DNA from: Octopus vulgaris
Taxonomy: Eukaryota
Reading direction: 5' to 3'
Assembly: GCA_951406725.2 (NCBI GenBank)
Contig: OX597816.1
Span: forward strand, 120,528,001 to 120,592,000
Length of the DNA: 64,000 nucleotides
This document shows, piece by piece, positions 39,049 through 53,154 of this stretch. The translations under genes were made by a program, and so were the position numbers. Each line of letters opens with the position of its first letter. The first letter of the stretch is position 1. Under the pieces are notes generated by a model that was not told where the DNA came from, did not search any database, and worked only from the letters and a program-made list of their open reading frames with translations.

Positions 39049-41077
39049 TATTCAAAGTTACGAAAAAAATTAGCGCCATGAAGTTAGTCATTCAAATTCG
39101 TTTTTCAATCACTCAATTTCGCACTTCGGTTAAAGAATTTAGCATTTATATCATTCAAATTAAAATGCCCGTCGGGAGCATTCAAATTAGTCAGAATGCG
39201 AGGAAGCGTCTTTTCGCGCATTCAAATTAGTTTCGGAGAAATCTATTTAACACTTCGAACAATCAAATTAGCACAATAGCTGTTTTGGTTTTATCTCATG
39301 ATCATTGTTATAACAATCATGTGTTTTCATCCATTGTTTATGCTTTAAGCATTCTATCGTGCCCATGTCTTTTCTGTGTATTCTTTTATGTTTGCACACG
39401 TACATGTTTGCACAGATACATTGTTAAAAGCTCCATGAAATCGCATTCCAGTCTTTTCAATTTTTTTAAAGAAATTCACAATTACAACAAATGCTCATTT
39501 TCTTTGATTTTGAATACATTATGCTGTGATATGTGTTCTTCCTTTGCATAATATGTCCTGTTGGGAAAAGCATATATTTCTTTGATTTTGCATTGTTTTC
39601 TTTCATCGGGGGAAAGATAATTATTTATCTATAGTTTTGATAAGGAGAGTTCGAGAGGATTTAGTTGTCTATTTCCTGGCGGTCAAGGCATCTCGGGAGG
39701 TAGGTTTGGGTGTGTCTATACCAACGAACACAATTTTCTGGAGTGATAGCGTCGATGTTGCGCCTTGCAACCTGTTGTATGGCATGTGCTCGCCATTCTT
39801 CCATGGCCATTCCGGTTTCTGCAGCTGTCCAGTCACCGACACTTTGCTGCAACTCACCTCGAGCGACGTCCCGTTTTTCAGCCGCCCTAAAGGCAGAGTG
39901 CGCCATTTCCGTACAATTAAGAAACGCTGCGTAGGGAAGCAGAAGTTTCAGACTGATCCGTAGGTCGGCATCAGCTGGGAGCTCGGCACAAACGTGTGGT
40001 CGCGCGTTGTCGTAGATTAAGTAGACAGGTTCATCCGGTGGGGACATAGCGGCACATGCTCGAACTGTTTCCACCAAGAACTCCTCGAAAGAGTTTCGTG
40101 TAGTGGTATCGTTCGCAATGGAGTGGTGAATCAGGCCGATTTCTCCCGACACCGCGAAAGCGACCTTGCAGTTTTTCCTACACTGACGGTTGGCAACTCG
40201 GCGAACAGGAGCGCCTCGAGGGGCTCGTCCAAAAGACCGCCTGACCCAAATGTTGTAACCACGTTCATCAATGAATACTCAATGGCTGACGACTCCCTTT
40301 TCTATGAACCAATGCGCGTACTCATAATGCTTTTTCCAGAGTTCTTGGGGCATTTCTTGCATCTGAGACGTCTTCGGCCAACTTCATGGTTACCAATATC
40401 CCATCTAGAGCCCGTGAGATTGCAGACACGAAAACAGGCGACTTCTGGGCAATTTGTGGCGCCTCCCAGACCGTAGGAAGGTCGCTACTATGGACCGGGC
40501 ACTACTTTTAATGCTAAGTGTGTCTGCCAGTTGCAGGTAGTCGGTGTGATGCCTCTCTAAGGCATCAATCATCCTTGCCCTATCTTCGTCCGATATACGC
40601 ATGTATCTTACGCGTGGCTCCATGATTACAAGTTGGTGTAAGAGAATGGGATATAAAATGCAACTGATACCGACCGGTTACGAATGCTGTAATGAAAAAA
40701 AACTTTCATGGACAGAAGAAGCACGTAAATTATTTCTTCCTTGTAGCTATAACAACATGATAACATTTGCATGACAAAACATGTCATTTAAATTTGTCAT
40801 TTTAACATTCGCTTCTTAGAATGTGAGTAAAACCACACTTGTAAAATTAGTGCTAAATTAAATAAACTTATTCCGAACTCGAATGCTCACGTGCGAATCT
40901 GAATGCTCGGAAAGACACTTCCTTGCATTCCAACTAATTCGGATGCTCTCGGCGGGCATTCTAATTTGAATAGTATAAATGCTAAATTCTTCGACCGAAG
41001 TGCGAAATTGAATGATCGTTAAACTAGTTTGAATGACTAACTTCATGGCGCTAATTTTTTTTCATAAGTTTGAATGA
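39049..41077 (-). mobile_element. IS630/Tc1/mariner DNA transposon with ~225-bp TIRs
   Basis: 39049-39274 is an imperfect inverted repeat of 40850-41077, with internal CATTCAAATT direct repeats; encloses a transposase pseudogene. Confidence 0.9.
39661..40623 (-). pseudogene. DDE_3-type transposase (HTH plus DDE), frameshifted
   Basis: MEPRVRYMRISDEDRARMID...(HTH); VFIDERGYNIW; LIYDNARPH; LLPYAAFLNCTEMA (LPPYSPFLNPIE-like). Confidence 0.88.
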
Positions 41078-41084
41078 TAACCAT

Positions 41085-41300
41085 TAACACGCCGAGCAAA
41101 ATGCTTTCCAGGATTTCGTCTGTCTGTACGTTCTGAGTTCAAATTCCGCTGAGGTCAACTTTCAATCTTTCGGGGTCGATAAAATAATTACTAGTTGAAC
41201 ACTGGGACCGATAAAATAATTACTAGTTGAGCACTGTAGTCGATGTAATCGACTTCCTTACTGGCTCCAAACTTATTGACCTTCTGCCAGAATTTGAAAC
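41085..41300 (+). mobile_element. SINE family 2 abutting the transposon TIR
   Basis: CACGCCGAGCAAAATGC..GTTCTGAGTTCAAATTCCGCTGAGGTCAACTTT; internal tandem duplication at ~41178-41236. Confidence 0.8.
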
Positions 41301-41499
41301 TAATTACACTATCAAGCTACAATAATACTTTTTTTTTATGAGGAATATTTGACTGGTACCTATTTCATCAACACTAGAAAGAAGGACTTACGAAATTGCT
41401 TTGAGTATGTTCGCCTTAATCCAACAAGAGGAGAACTCCTTTTCAACCAATATATTTACTTTTTCTTTGTCATCTAGGTTATTTTGTAGATGCATTTGG

Positions 41500-44400
41500 C
41501 AGTCGAAGGTAATTAGAACAACCGGGAATGGCATTAAGTCCCGGCCGTTCGGCGTGGATTTCTAAAGAAGCATTTTTCTCGCCTTTGATCTTGGTTCATC
41601 TTAGCTTTTTGTTTTTACTTTTTGTCCGCGATGTTTTCTTAACTCTCTCCAGACTCAATTCCCTCTTGGCCACCGTAACAGAACGGATCAAACTGCTGTG
41701 CGGAAGCTCTTTCTGATCCTGAGCTAGAAGGCGGAATAAGCTCCTTGGTTTGACAGCCCCATATTATATTGACTCTTTTGCAGGTGGCTCTGAGATGGAT
41801 CCTTCTAGCATTTCCCTCCGCTTTGGCTATCCTAGGAGCTGCATCTGGCGCTGTAGTGGAAATAGCATTAACAGCAGTCGCAACGATGGTCTACATCTCT
41901 AGGAATTGATGTTGCTTGTGCTTCTGCTATTGTTTTTCGATCACCTCATTTTTCTTTCGTTTTTCAAAGCCCCCAATGACATTTATTATCACAAAGCCCC
42001 CAAATGACATTTATTATCACATGTGTAGTAACTTGATCTACTATACCCTACAAGTATGAGTGGCCTCCTCTCTGCTCTTCTAATGCAGTATACTAATTCT
42101 GGGATAGCATTGTAGTTATCCATACAAACTTTACACGCACACATGTTATTGCGTGTCACCTCGACACTTACCAAATGTCTGCACTGCTCCACAGAGGTGA
42201 CAATAAGCCAAAGTTCAATGTCCATACCAATTTCTCTAGACTGTGACGTCAACCACGTATACAGACACGGCTTTCATGAATCGCAACTTGATCAGGATAT
42301 TTCTCGATATCTACAAATTTCGTGTCAATAGCCACAAAAGCGAAAACGTGTACGGGCTATCACAGGTAACAATTTTGATGATAGGTTGCCAATTATTGAC
42401 ACCACCGAGCAGATGCTACTGTATAAAGCTGCGATGCAGCCAATGGTAACCATATTGAAATCAGTTGCGTTTTGCACAGCCCCCAGGTACTAATGGTCGA
42501 CCCATGAGACACTTTTAAACTAATTCTTCCCCTCTATAACCAGATCTAGGTTCTATCTTCCATGGGACAACTTGAAGTTTGTCATGGATAGAACTGTCAG
42601 AGATCTCACAGACTTGCAAAGGTTTGATGACACTATTCGCGAAAAGCGCCAACTTCTTGGCGAGTAGAATTTAGTAGAGATATCATTCATGTCATAGGGA
42701 GTTCTTCCAGTCTGCTACCAGTTTGCAAGCGAGTGACCACAATAATGCTTAGACAGAAAAACCATCCAATCCTAGAGATTTACTCTTGCACAACCAGACA
42801 TAGCATCTACATTTTCTTGAGCCGAAATAGAATTTTTGCATCATTTCACTTCAGCTGCCATAATTCGCTACAGAACATCGAGATAATCATCGAAGTTCAT
42901 TTCCAGTTCAGTCCTCATGAAGAGTTCTGATAAGTATGACAAGTATGACTACCTTTCGTAGTCTGTTAATTACCATAACGTTCTTCGGTAGCCTCAAAGT
43001 GCAGCTCACCCTGGCCATCGTATCTTAGCACACACACACCTTGTACCAACAGCAGTCTTCGTATTTATCGTCGAATAAATTGTTAAATATTATTCTTGCT
43101 GCTACCCTTCGGTCGCACTGCCTCTCCTAATGAATTCTTATAAATTATGTATCTGTCTGTCTATCTGACTGTCTCTCTCGCTTCTAATTCTTTTCACTGT
43201 TACTTGCTTATTACACCTTATCGATTCTATTCTAATTTTTTCCTTTTGAAGTTGACTTACAGTATTGTGCATAATTTTCACCGTCAATTACTGTCTAATT
43301 AGATCATTGATTCGGTTCAGTGGGCTTTTTGCCCCATAAGTCATACTTCCATCTTTAGTTGATCGTACAAATCATAAAATTGAGCCTGCGTAGACAACCA
43401 TTCGAAAATATAAGCACCCACAGGCAGCTGTTTCTGTCTCTATTTCGGCTTTTTAAGGCAACCATTAAATATCGAGGAACGTTTTGTTCAAGGCATATCA
43501 TAACTTCGAATATCTTCATTCTTGGTATTAGAAAATAAGAGTCCCAGAAGTGCCCGTAGGCATTCTCTGTGTTGAAATAGGCTCCAATCCTATCATGACG
43601 TCTGAGAAGTTCTTGATAGTAGTTCTTATTGTTCTTGATATACTTGGGTTTAGTTTTCAGTGATTGGCTATCATTTGAGTGTTACACATAAAGTTACCAG
43701 TCCTATCCTCAACAACTTTATTAACTCTTTATTTGTTAATCATTATAGCAAAACGATAGGTTGGTACTACTGGGAGAAAGCGTTTTAGCATCTTTATCAC
43801 CAGCACCTGGCACTGGGGACGGGGAAATTTTAAAACGATTTCGTTTTACTACAACCAGTACTGCTATGAAGGAACCAGCTTCTGGAGCTCACTGTTCGTT
43901 ATTGCTGCCTCCTTTGTTGCTGTCGGTCTTTCTCTCTCTCTCCTCCTCCACTGCTTTTCTTGTTCTGGGAGAACACTCAAGTTCTTATGATTAAAATCCC
44001 TTCAACGCACATCGCAGCTTAGATTTCTGCCCTGCACTTTTAGGCTAATTTCTTTCCTCCCTACCAAGTGGGGGTATATATCTGGAATACTTTAGTACCC
44101 TTGTTGGTCATCAATACTTTCAGGTCAATATAGGCCCTATCTCAACATATGTTATTTCGTGTCACCTCTGCGATGGTATAGTGCTGTATTGTACAGCAAA
44201 GTTTATAACAAACCAATCGTCACCGTTACTACCAACGCATCTTTTCGTGAACAATGTGTTTCACCTCCTTATATGTTGCGTCGCTAGCCTGTAGACAGAT
44301 TTGCGCTCAACTCCACCTATTTAATTTGGAAAGCCGAAATAATACATATCTTGATGTATTCCTTAGGAGAAGAAGCACTTTTTTTAATAACACATCTCTT

Positions 44401-44877
44401 CCTCACATGATCTTTTCCAGAGCCTGATCTCTATTAAGTACCACCCTCTATTTAGTAATTCTGGAAGAAAAATTGTTGCTCTTGCTATTAAAGTTAATGG
44501 AAATATCGTTATTTTTCATTTGTTAAAGTGTAAATGTTTAGTATATCTGCTTCAAATATTTTAATTTTCTCTTTTTAAACTCTGTGCCATTGCGTTCAAA
44601 ATTTTTACCGAAGTTCTTGAGGCTGTGATCACTACTACCTCATTATTGCAAGCACTTGCCACTATTACTCCAGAAAAAGAAGCCATTTGAATAACTAATG
44701 AGCAACAATGAAGAAAAAATAATATAAATGTATAAAGTACAGGTTTTTTTCCAAAACCCCTTATCAATAAAAAGAGAAAAACTATTTCCTTCAACTCAGT
44801 GCATCTTAGCAAAATGAATATTTTCGCGGAGTTATCTCAAATATACTTCAACACTTCAATACATCGTAATAATAATG

Positions 44878-44920
<43 letters not shown>

Positions 44921-46500
44921 TGATGATGATGATGATTTCAAATTTCTTCCAATAAATTTACCGAAGGAAGCATTTTCTTCTCCGCCATCCCCTTCCCCTC
45001 TTGATGAAAAATTGAATTGATCAATGAGGAGTTGGTCGAAGAAGGAAGAATTAATCTTCTGTCCTTTCAGATGCATTCGCTCTAAAACCTCTCTTTCGTC
45101 CGATCCACCCGATAGAGATGTACTATCTACTCTTCCCGATCAAAGGAAGGTGGTGAGGACTCGACCGATAGACGATCCGTTCAATACATGAAAGTAACTA
45201 TTCGACAAAACTTCTCAAGTCAGCATTGCTCGGAAACTGCTTATTTCAGCTGTCTGCGAGTATCTCGGATAGATCGGGTTGACGGCACTTCCATGTGTGT
45301 AGAGTTTCTCCCGAACCGGAATTTCTCCCACCCTGTAACACTGCCTAGCCTGAGATTTGGAGAAATAGCTCATAGTCTCTGGGGTGAAAGTACTTGGGAA
45401 CAGGGTACTAGTTCGTTCTTATCGATGGTCAAAGTTTCCCCCAAAACGTCGACAGTTTTTCCATTGCTAGCCTCCTGTAGAAAGCCGAGCACCTGACAGC
45501 ATGTCAGATATTTTGTTGTTGCTGTTGTGTTGTTTTGGGTCTTGTGAAGTCGGGAGCATAACAGGCGGGAGCCTTCCTACAATCGGCTTTTGTTGAAGCA
45601 GAAAACTCACATGTGGTTGACAGCACTTGAGATTTTTTTTGTCATCTGCAGTCAGGTGCAATTCTAATCCATTTACGGTTGAATTAAACCGGGATCTTTT
45701 CAAAGTGTTCTGGTTCCACTTTTAGTAGGATTCCTAGAAATTAATTCCGGTCAAATTTTCCTATCTATTTTTTTACGCATCTGAAAGATTTCCTGTAGGA
45801 TGTTGCAACCTACAGCCCACTAAACACACCTAATCTCGTGACAAATGAGATATCCTGATCCTCACTATCTGTCTGCGCAGTTAAGTAGGGATGAGAACAA
45901 ATTTCTCGTTTATGCAGAGTACAGTGGAATGCTTTAATGCTAGGGCTTCTTTCAGGATTTTCACTTCGACGGCACCAAATTTTCAGGGTCTGGTGACGAA
46001 TTCTATCTCCTTTTATATCTCTCGCAAATATCTTACCACTTTAACACGTGTGGCCGTTTCCACAGCTCGGTTTTGACCGACTGATGCTGGTAAAGAATTC
46101 CTCTGTTTTTCTATCTAATTTAACAATTTGTTCAGCATTTCTTATGTTTGTAAGCTCGTCTTTCATACAAACAGAAACATCTTTGTGGCAGTTCCTGCAC
46201 AGGAATAGACTTTAATATTGATGGTGCTTCCGCTGCTTCCGATGGTCTCAGTGAGTGTGGTAGTGATGTTGAATACAATAGCAGTAATAGAGTAGTAGAG
46301 TTGTTCTTGCCATTCTCTGTTGCTCTAATGGTGGTGGTGGTGATAATGGTGTTTGACAAATTGTTATTCTCATTTGTGATGTTGGTGTTGCTGGGGCTGT
46401 GGGAGGTATAAGAAGAAAAGTTTTCGTTATTGGCAGAGTGAAATGGAAACAGAAACAAATTCAATTTCCCTTTCAAAATTATGTTCCACTTCTTTTCGTT
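41500..46500 (-). mobile_element. Decayed L1/Tx1-type ORF1 (gag-like) relics, probably several copies
   Basis: Minus-strand broken peptides such as EIEFVTRP*KFGAVEV..FVLIPT*LRRQIVRIRI (45850-46075) and zinc-knuckle-like YTCDNKCHLGAL (~41990-42030); higher GC than flanks. Confidence 0.4.
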
Positions 46501-46735
46501 TCCTAGCTCTCGAAGACGACATCATCGTCAATGTCATTCTTATACAGAAGTAAATGTTTTCCTTAATTTTAGCACTTTAGGGCTAATAAAGGATTTGGCT
46601 AGCTCGATAAAGTCCTGATTAAAAACAAAAGTGTCAAGCAAAAATTAATCAAAAACCTTTTAACAGACAAACAACTAATGTACAGAGAGCTCTCCTGTAT
46701 TTGTTACTAGTTCAGGAACAATATCAACAAAAACA

Positions 46736-46797
<62 letters not shown>

Positions 46798-46870
46798 TAA
46801 TAATAATAATAATAATAATGATAATAATAATAATAATAATGATAATAATAATAATAATAATAATAATAAT
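46736..46870. repeat. (AAT)n microsatellite
   Basis: Direct reading; similar tracts at ~44868-44936 and ~47652-47720. Confidence 0.95.
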
Positions 46871-47651
46871 GGTTTCTAATTTAGACACATTGCAAGTCAT
46901 TTTCAGAGGAGGCGTTTGTAGATACCACTGAATGGTAGTTGACCTTTTCTTCTAACAATAAGATAATTCTAGTTTTTCTTTTTAGTCATTATAACGTTTA
47001 TAAACCTAATATCTATAATGTGTTAAATTATTTTAACAAATTGTTTTTGACAAAGCACTCGAAAAAGTTTAAGTTTCCAGACTGTTTATAAGTGATTAGT
47101 GTCTTGGATAATTTGTCCGTATATGATTAGTTAAAGCGCTCAACCAGAAGTTAAGACACTCAGAATATAATTGGTTGAGTTAATGAGAAAAGAGAAAAAG
47201 AAATACGAAATTATTGATAAATTGATGCATTAGTGTCAAGAGAGAAGGTGGGAGAGAAAACGAGAGAGAGAAGGAGGGGGAGTGGAATAAACTGAATATT
47301 ACTTCCCTCAGTAAAATACCTTATAAGGATAACGATGGCACCCAATACATTAAAAAAGTTTCATTCTCTCAATTACATATTTTATATTGTTTATTATAAT
47401 TAAATCAATAAGTAAAGTTGTTTCACAGTTCATTTTATGAATTAAAAATATAATTAAAAACTTTATTGCCTTTGCTTTTAAAATTGAAAATAGAAAGCGA
47501 AGTGTATAGCCTAGGGACGAAATAGCATAACAAAATAATAAAATAAATTGAAGTGTGTTAAGTTTTATTAGATAAGACACGAGATTCATTATGGGTCATA
47601 ATATTTCGGCATTGATTAAAAAACACTTAACTTATATTTTACTACTTTGCA

Positions 47652-47701
<50 letters not shown>

Positions 47702-47742
47702 TAATAATAATAATAATAATATATATATATATATATATATAA

Positions 47743-48252
47743 CACATCCAATTTAGAATGGAATATAGTAAGGAACAGTTCCCATTTCTGGACATTTTGA
47801 TTTTTAGAAAGTCCAACAACCAAATTGCAACTGGCATTTACTGAAAACCCACAGACTCAAAATAGTATCTCCTTTTCAGTTCACACCATCCTGAATACAC
47901 CCAAATAAATATCCCATTCAATCTAGTAAAAAGGATCTGTACAATTGTATCTGTCAGAACCACTCGGGAACTTCGTCTACAAGAACTCAAAATAACACTC
48001 ATTGAACGTCAATACCCTCCTACACTTATGGAACATGGAATTAAACGTGCCAAGAAATTGGACACAAACACACTAAGGACTACAAAACAAAACACCACAC
48101 CTCACCTTAAATCACTCCCATACATATCAACCCACAACCCCAGAAACAATGAAGCATACAACACAATTATACAAAATCTCCCTCTGCTCACTCAAGAGCC
48201 GAAAATGAACAGCATCCTAAATACACACAAATTACTAAAATGCAAAAGACAA
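47743..48252 (+). pseudogene. PLE reverse transcriptase C-terminal motif and thumb fragment
   Basis: HIQFRMEYSKEQFPFLDILI...IY*KPTDSK*YLLFSSHHP...NIPFNLVKRICTIVS...ERQYPPTLM...PYISTHNPRN. Confidence 0.9.
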
Positions 48253-48293
48253 AATGCGTGTGTGTGTGAGTGCACTATTATATAGGCCTGCGT

Positions 48294-48684
48294 GGAGGCG
48301 CAATGGCCCAGTGGTTAGGGCAGCGGACTCGCGGTCATAGGATCGCAGTTTCGATTCCTAGACCGGGCGTTGTGAGTGTTTATTGAGCGAAAACACCTAA
48401 AAGCTCCACAAGGCTCCGGCAGGGGATGGTGGTGATCCCTGCTGTACTCTTTCACCACAACTTTCTCTCACTCTTACTTCCTGTTTCTGTTGTACCTGTG
48501 TTTCAAGGCGCCGGCCTTGTCACTCTCTGTGTCACGCTGAATATCCCCGAGAACTACGTTAAGGGTGCACGTGTCTGTGGAGTGCTCAGCCACTTACACG
48601 TTAATTTCACGAGCAGGCTGTTCCGTTGATTCGGATCAACCGGAACCCTCATCGTCGTAACCGACGGAGTGCTTCCCCCCACCC
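48294..48684 (+). mobile_element. tRNA-derived SINE family 4 with 14-bp TSD
   Basis: TGGCCCAGTGG A box, GTTTCGATTCC B box; ATATAGGCCTGCGT at 48280-48293 and 48685-48698. Confidence 0.88.
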
Positions 48685-49316
48685 ATATAGGCCTGCGTAC
48701 ATGTGTATTTAAACCCGTACGCAAGTATGCATACATTTATTTTATTTATTTATTTTATCTAGTTTCAGCTTACGAGCTGTGGCCATGCTGGGGGCACCGC
48801 CATTCTAAAAAACATCTATGCCTAAAGATCGATGTTTAGCTCTATGAGATTCGAACTCGGGACGTATAGAAGCGGAAGTACTACAAGGGCACTTTTTTTT
48901 CTCCGACATTCTAACGATGTTGTCAAATATATATATATATATATATATACATACACATATACATATATACACATATATACATATATACGCATGAGTACAT
49001 ACATATACATATATAATGCATACATACACATATCGATAAATATATGTACATGGAATCTACGTCTCCACATTTTCTATTTGTAATGACAAAAAAGAGCGCC
49101 TATTAGAATTTACATAACACGGACAAGAAGCATTTCTACCGCTTCAACACTCCACATTCACTGGATAATGGAACTGCAACTATAACATCTTATATTTTTA
49201 TTTTTATTTCTACTTTCATTCTCCTATTCCCCTCTATACTCCTTATTTCCTTCCTTTTCCAAAATGACTCCTATATTGAACTTTAATATTTCCCTCTATT
49301 TAACCATCTCACATCG

Positions 49317-49362
49317 TCTCTGATGAAGGGATATCCCTAATATCCCAGAAACAGCTGTAAGA
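49317..49362 (+). ncRNA. Canonical-core minimal hammerhead ribozyme (PLE 3' UTR)
   Basis: TCT-CTGATGA-a-GGGATAT(cccta)ATATCCC-a-GAAA-C(AGCT)G-TA-AGA; GUA site, palindromic stem III. Confidence 0.85.
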
Positions 49363-49463
49363 ATAACTTTCTCTTTATAAATGTCCTGAAAATTCCACAC
49401 AGCTTTGTTATCTCATTTGGCTTTGTAATCTCATTTTATTTAACATATGTTTATGTGTGTGTG

Positions 49464-49498
<35 letters not shown>

Positions 49499-49546
49499 TG
49501 TATGTGTGTGTGTGTGTGTGCGTGTCTGTGCGCGCGCGCGAGTATA

Positions 49547-50367
49547 CAGGGTGCGGTAAATAAATTGTCGTCTAAATTAAGCAAAAATGAAAATAACGCT
49601 AACATCTCATTTTAACAAATATTTAGCAAAATTACATTAAAAATATCTTGAGTTCATCATCTTCTACAACTCTCCTAGATGGTGTCCTTGTTTAAGCTGG
49701 TGAATGCTGCCATAATCCTTTCCTTCATTTCATCTTTGGTGTTACAAGGAGAATTGTTGGTGTCTCACTTGACTGCGTCCCACACGTAATAATGAAGAGG
49801 GTTGCAATCTGGGGAGTTAGGTTGCCAGATGTTAGAGGTCGCAGAAATTGTCTGACAGCCATGACTAGGTTCCTCTGCATCTGTGGCATGGTGCAGAGTC
49901 CTGTTTCCAGACATAGGGTCCTCTAGCTGCCACCTTCTTCATCCAGAGCCGCACTACCTCCTCCAGGCACTTGATGTAGGCCTCTGTGTTGAGTCTGAGG
50001 CTGTATGGGAAGATGCATAACGGCGCCATCACTAGTGATCATTTCAAACACCAGGATGTTGACTGGGTGTTTGATTTTTATCATGTCCTCACGTTGCACT
50101 GTACATGTCCTCACGTTGCACTGTCCTCAGACTGACACCCAAACACTCTGAAATGTTCGTACTAGAGCTTGCGGTGCGAATGCCAAGCAGTAGAGTATCT
50201 CGTTTCCAAATTTCTGGCGGAGTGAATTGCTACATGGTGTTGTTTTTCTCACAGACTGTAACCAGCTGACCCTACTATACTGTGTAGTCGACAAAATCAA
50301 AGACAAGCAATGTGCATGCGTGAAATAAAAATATAAATTGGTGACAATTTACCCCCATCGCACCCTG
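49547..50367 (-). mobile_element. Internally deleted Tc1/mariner (maT-like) transposon with both TIRs
   Basis: CAGGGTGCG..AAATTGTC / GACAATTT..CGCACCCTG; peptides KHPVNILVFEMITSDG, YVWKQDSAPCH, WQPNSPDCNPLHYYVW. Confidence 0.85.
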
Positions 50368-50419
50368 AATGTGTGTGTGTGTATATATATATATATATGT
50401 ATATATGTATATATATAGA

Positions 50420-50868
50420 TAAGAAAGTTTGTTTGGTAAAGCACGTGGGTGAATATATAAGAAAATAGTAAAGTGTGAAAAAACGACAGAAGGCTTAAAT
50501 GTTAAAAAATATATATATTTGTGTCAAAATGTCTGGAGAATATTGGAAAAATTTTTTTTCCTTTCCTTAAAATGACATAATTTAAAAATTTTTTAAAGAA
50601 ATTACCGGTTTCGCGTGTAGCTTTTCAAATTTCTTGTGACGTTATGTTTATATTGCATGGAATTATCGTTGTTTTTATTTCCAGGAGATTTCTAAATAAG
50701 GGGAGGTAGTGAGTGATTTTTTCCGGTGTAGGGGAGATAATCGCTTAAAAATTTTTTTTCCCATTTCCTTGTTAATTTCTCTGTGTCAGTATGTTCGGAT
50801 GGTTGAGTCTGGGTTTGTACTTTTCAATGAAGAATGTTTCCTTGTTCAGTGTCATTTGTGTTGATGAT

Positions 50869-50870
<2 letters not shown>
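50420..50870 (-). mobile_element. PLE extreme 3' fragment
   Basis: C-terminal peptide NKETFFIEKYKPRLNHPN; UTR with HHR; flanked by (TA)n; homologous UTR at 56655-56925. Confidence 0.75.
50596..50635 (-). ncRNA. 40-nt hammerhead ribozyme, U3-A8 core variant
   Basis: rc AAGAAAT-TTGAAAA-GC(tacac)GC-GAAA-CCGG-TA-ATTTCTT. Confidence 0.75.
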
Positions 50871-50906
<36 letters not shown>

Positions 50907-50976
50907 CATACAAACTCACACACACACGCAAACATATACGCACACATACACACACACACATATATATATATATATA

Positions 50977-51187
50977 CGACGGGCTTCTTTCAGTTTCCGT
51001 CTACCAAATCCACCCACAAGGCTTTGGTCGGCCCGAGGTTGTAGTACAAGACACCTGCCCAAAGTGCCACGCAGTAGGACTGAACCCGAAACCATGTGGT
51101 TGGTAAGCAAGCTACTTTTATTCATCAAATTGGCCATGAAAGCCAATTTGTAAGCAAGCTACTTACCACACAGCTACTCCAGCGCCT
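50977..51187 (-). mobile_element. SINE family 3, 5' part with a short internal insertion
   Basis: Reverse complement of 53155-53315; AAGCAAGCTACTT repeated at ~51105 and ~51152. Confidence 0.85.
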
Positions 51188-51839
51188 ATATATACAGTTT
51201 TTAATCTGTGCTGCCACGCAAAGTAACGAACCAAACATGTTGCATAAATGTATATGTGTGTGTGTGCGTATGTGCGCATGCATGTGTACAAATACACACA
51301 CACACGATCAAGCACTCGCACATGGATTTTCAAATATATTGTCTATATATAACCTACTTTTATTGCTATTTATCTGATCGATTTATATAAATATAATGAC
51401 CGACACACTTCGAAATATTTATATAATGGTGAAAAATAACCATATTTTGATTATATATAACATTCCAGATAATTTTGAGTTATCTTGTGTTCGTCTCCAT
51501 TGAAATCATGCAGTAGCGAGGAAGACAAATCAAATTTAAAGCCTCTCCAGAAATCGATAGTAACTAAAGCATTGTTGAACAGCAGTAAATGCAATGAAAT
51601 TCTCACTTGTTTTGAGATTTATTGCAGTAGCAAATGTAAAGTTGTGTCATGGTATACACGAGACATTCTATGTTCTCTACATAAGACAACAGAACATCGT
51701 TTCGAAAGAGACAAAGGAAAATAAACATTTGTCTGTGTAGCACAAACACATGTAGGTAAATAGCTAAAATTAAAACTACCTCTGAATCTCATATTTATTC
51801 AGGGTTTATTCTTCAGTTACATTAATATTTAAGAAGGTT

Positions 51840-52050
51840 AAGGTAGCGAGCTGGCAGAACCGTTATCATGCCGAGCAATATGCTCAGCGGCATTTTGGTC
51901 GTCTTTACGTTCTGAAATAAAATTCCGCCAAAGTCGACCTTACCATTCATCATTTCTGGAATCAATAAAATAATAACCAATTGAACACCGATGGCGATGT
52001 AATCGACTTATCCCCTCCTACGAAATTGCTGGCCGTGTACCAAAACTTCG
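51840..52050 (+). mobile_element. SINE family 2
   Basis: AGCGAGCTGGCAGAACCGTT head, AATTCCGCCAAAGTCGAC core. Confidence 0.78.
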
Positions 52051-52663
52051 AAATAAATATTTAAGCAGGTTGTATGATGAAGTTGTACATAAGTGCTTGT
52101 CTGTACCACATATAATGTTCAGTTCTAACATCTGCCATATTTATACTGAATCGAAAACATCCTTAAGACAATTACAAGATACTGGGTTTGTCGAATATGT
52201 ATTACATACATACGTAATGCATGCATCCATGTACACATACACACAGATGCACGTATAATATTTATCCCCAACACAGCGTGTATTATAAAGCTAAAATAAA
52301 TTAATGCGGTTAAATTCACTTCAGTTTTTAAGTCTTTTCGATGTGGAACAATAAACACGTGTAAATACATACTGGTATTCTCCTCGTACACAGAAATAGA
52401 AAGGGTATTGTCCGGACATGTTTTAGTAAGTCATTGACTATTGATCACAGGACAAGTACTCCTTCACTTTTCTTCAGTGACAAAAACCAGCAAATAGCCA
52501 TCTAAATAAAACATACAAGAGAACACAGCTATAACCGTTAGAGTGCCTTGTTGATGGCATGATTGAATAACTAATAAACATTTATGGACAGTACAGTCCA
52601 TATCAAGAAGACCAACTTAATTTTAAAGGAACGAAAATTATTTTTCAATGCCGCGCTCTCCCC

Positions 52664-52700
<37 letters not shown>

Positions 52701-52708
52701 CATGTGTG

Positions 52709-52963
<255 letters not shown>

Positions 52964-53088
52964 TTAATAAGGGTGAGAGAATTAGATGTATTTTCGTGGT
53001 TGAAACCTTTTGGATTAACTGGTGCTAGAATGATCAATATAGTGACCACTCTCTTATATTTATTATATATATATATATATATACATAC

Positions 53089-53124
<36 letters not shown>

Positions 53125-53154
53125 ATATATATAGGCTGTGTGGAGCCTGTATAT

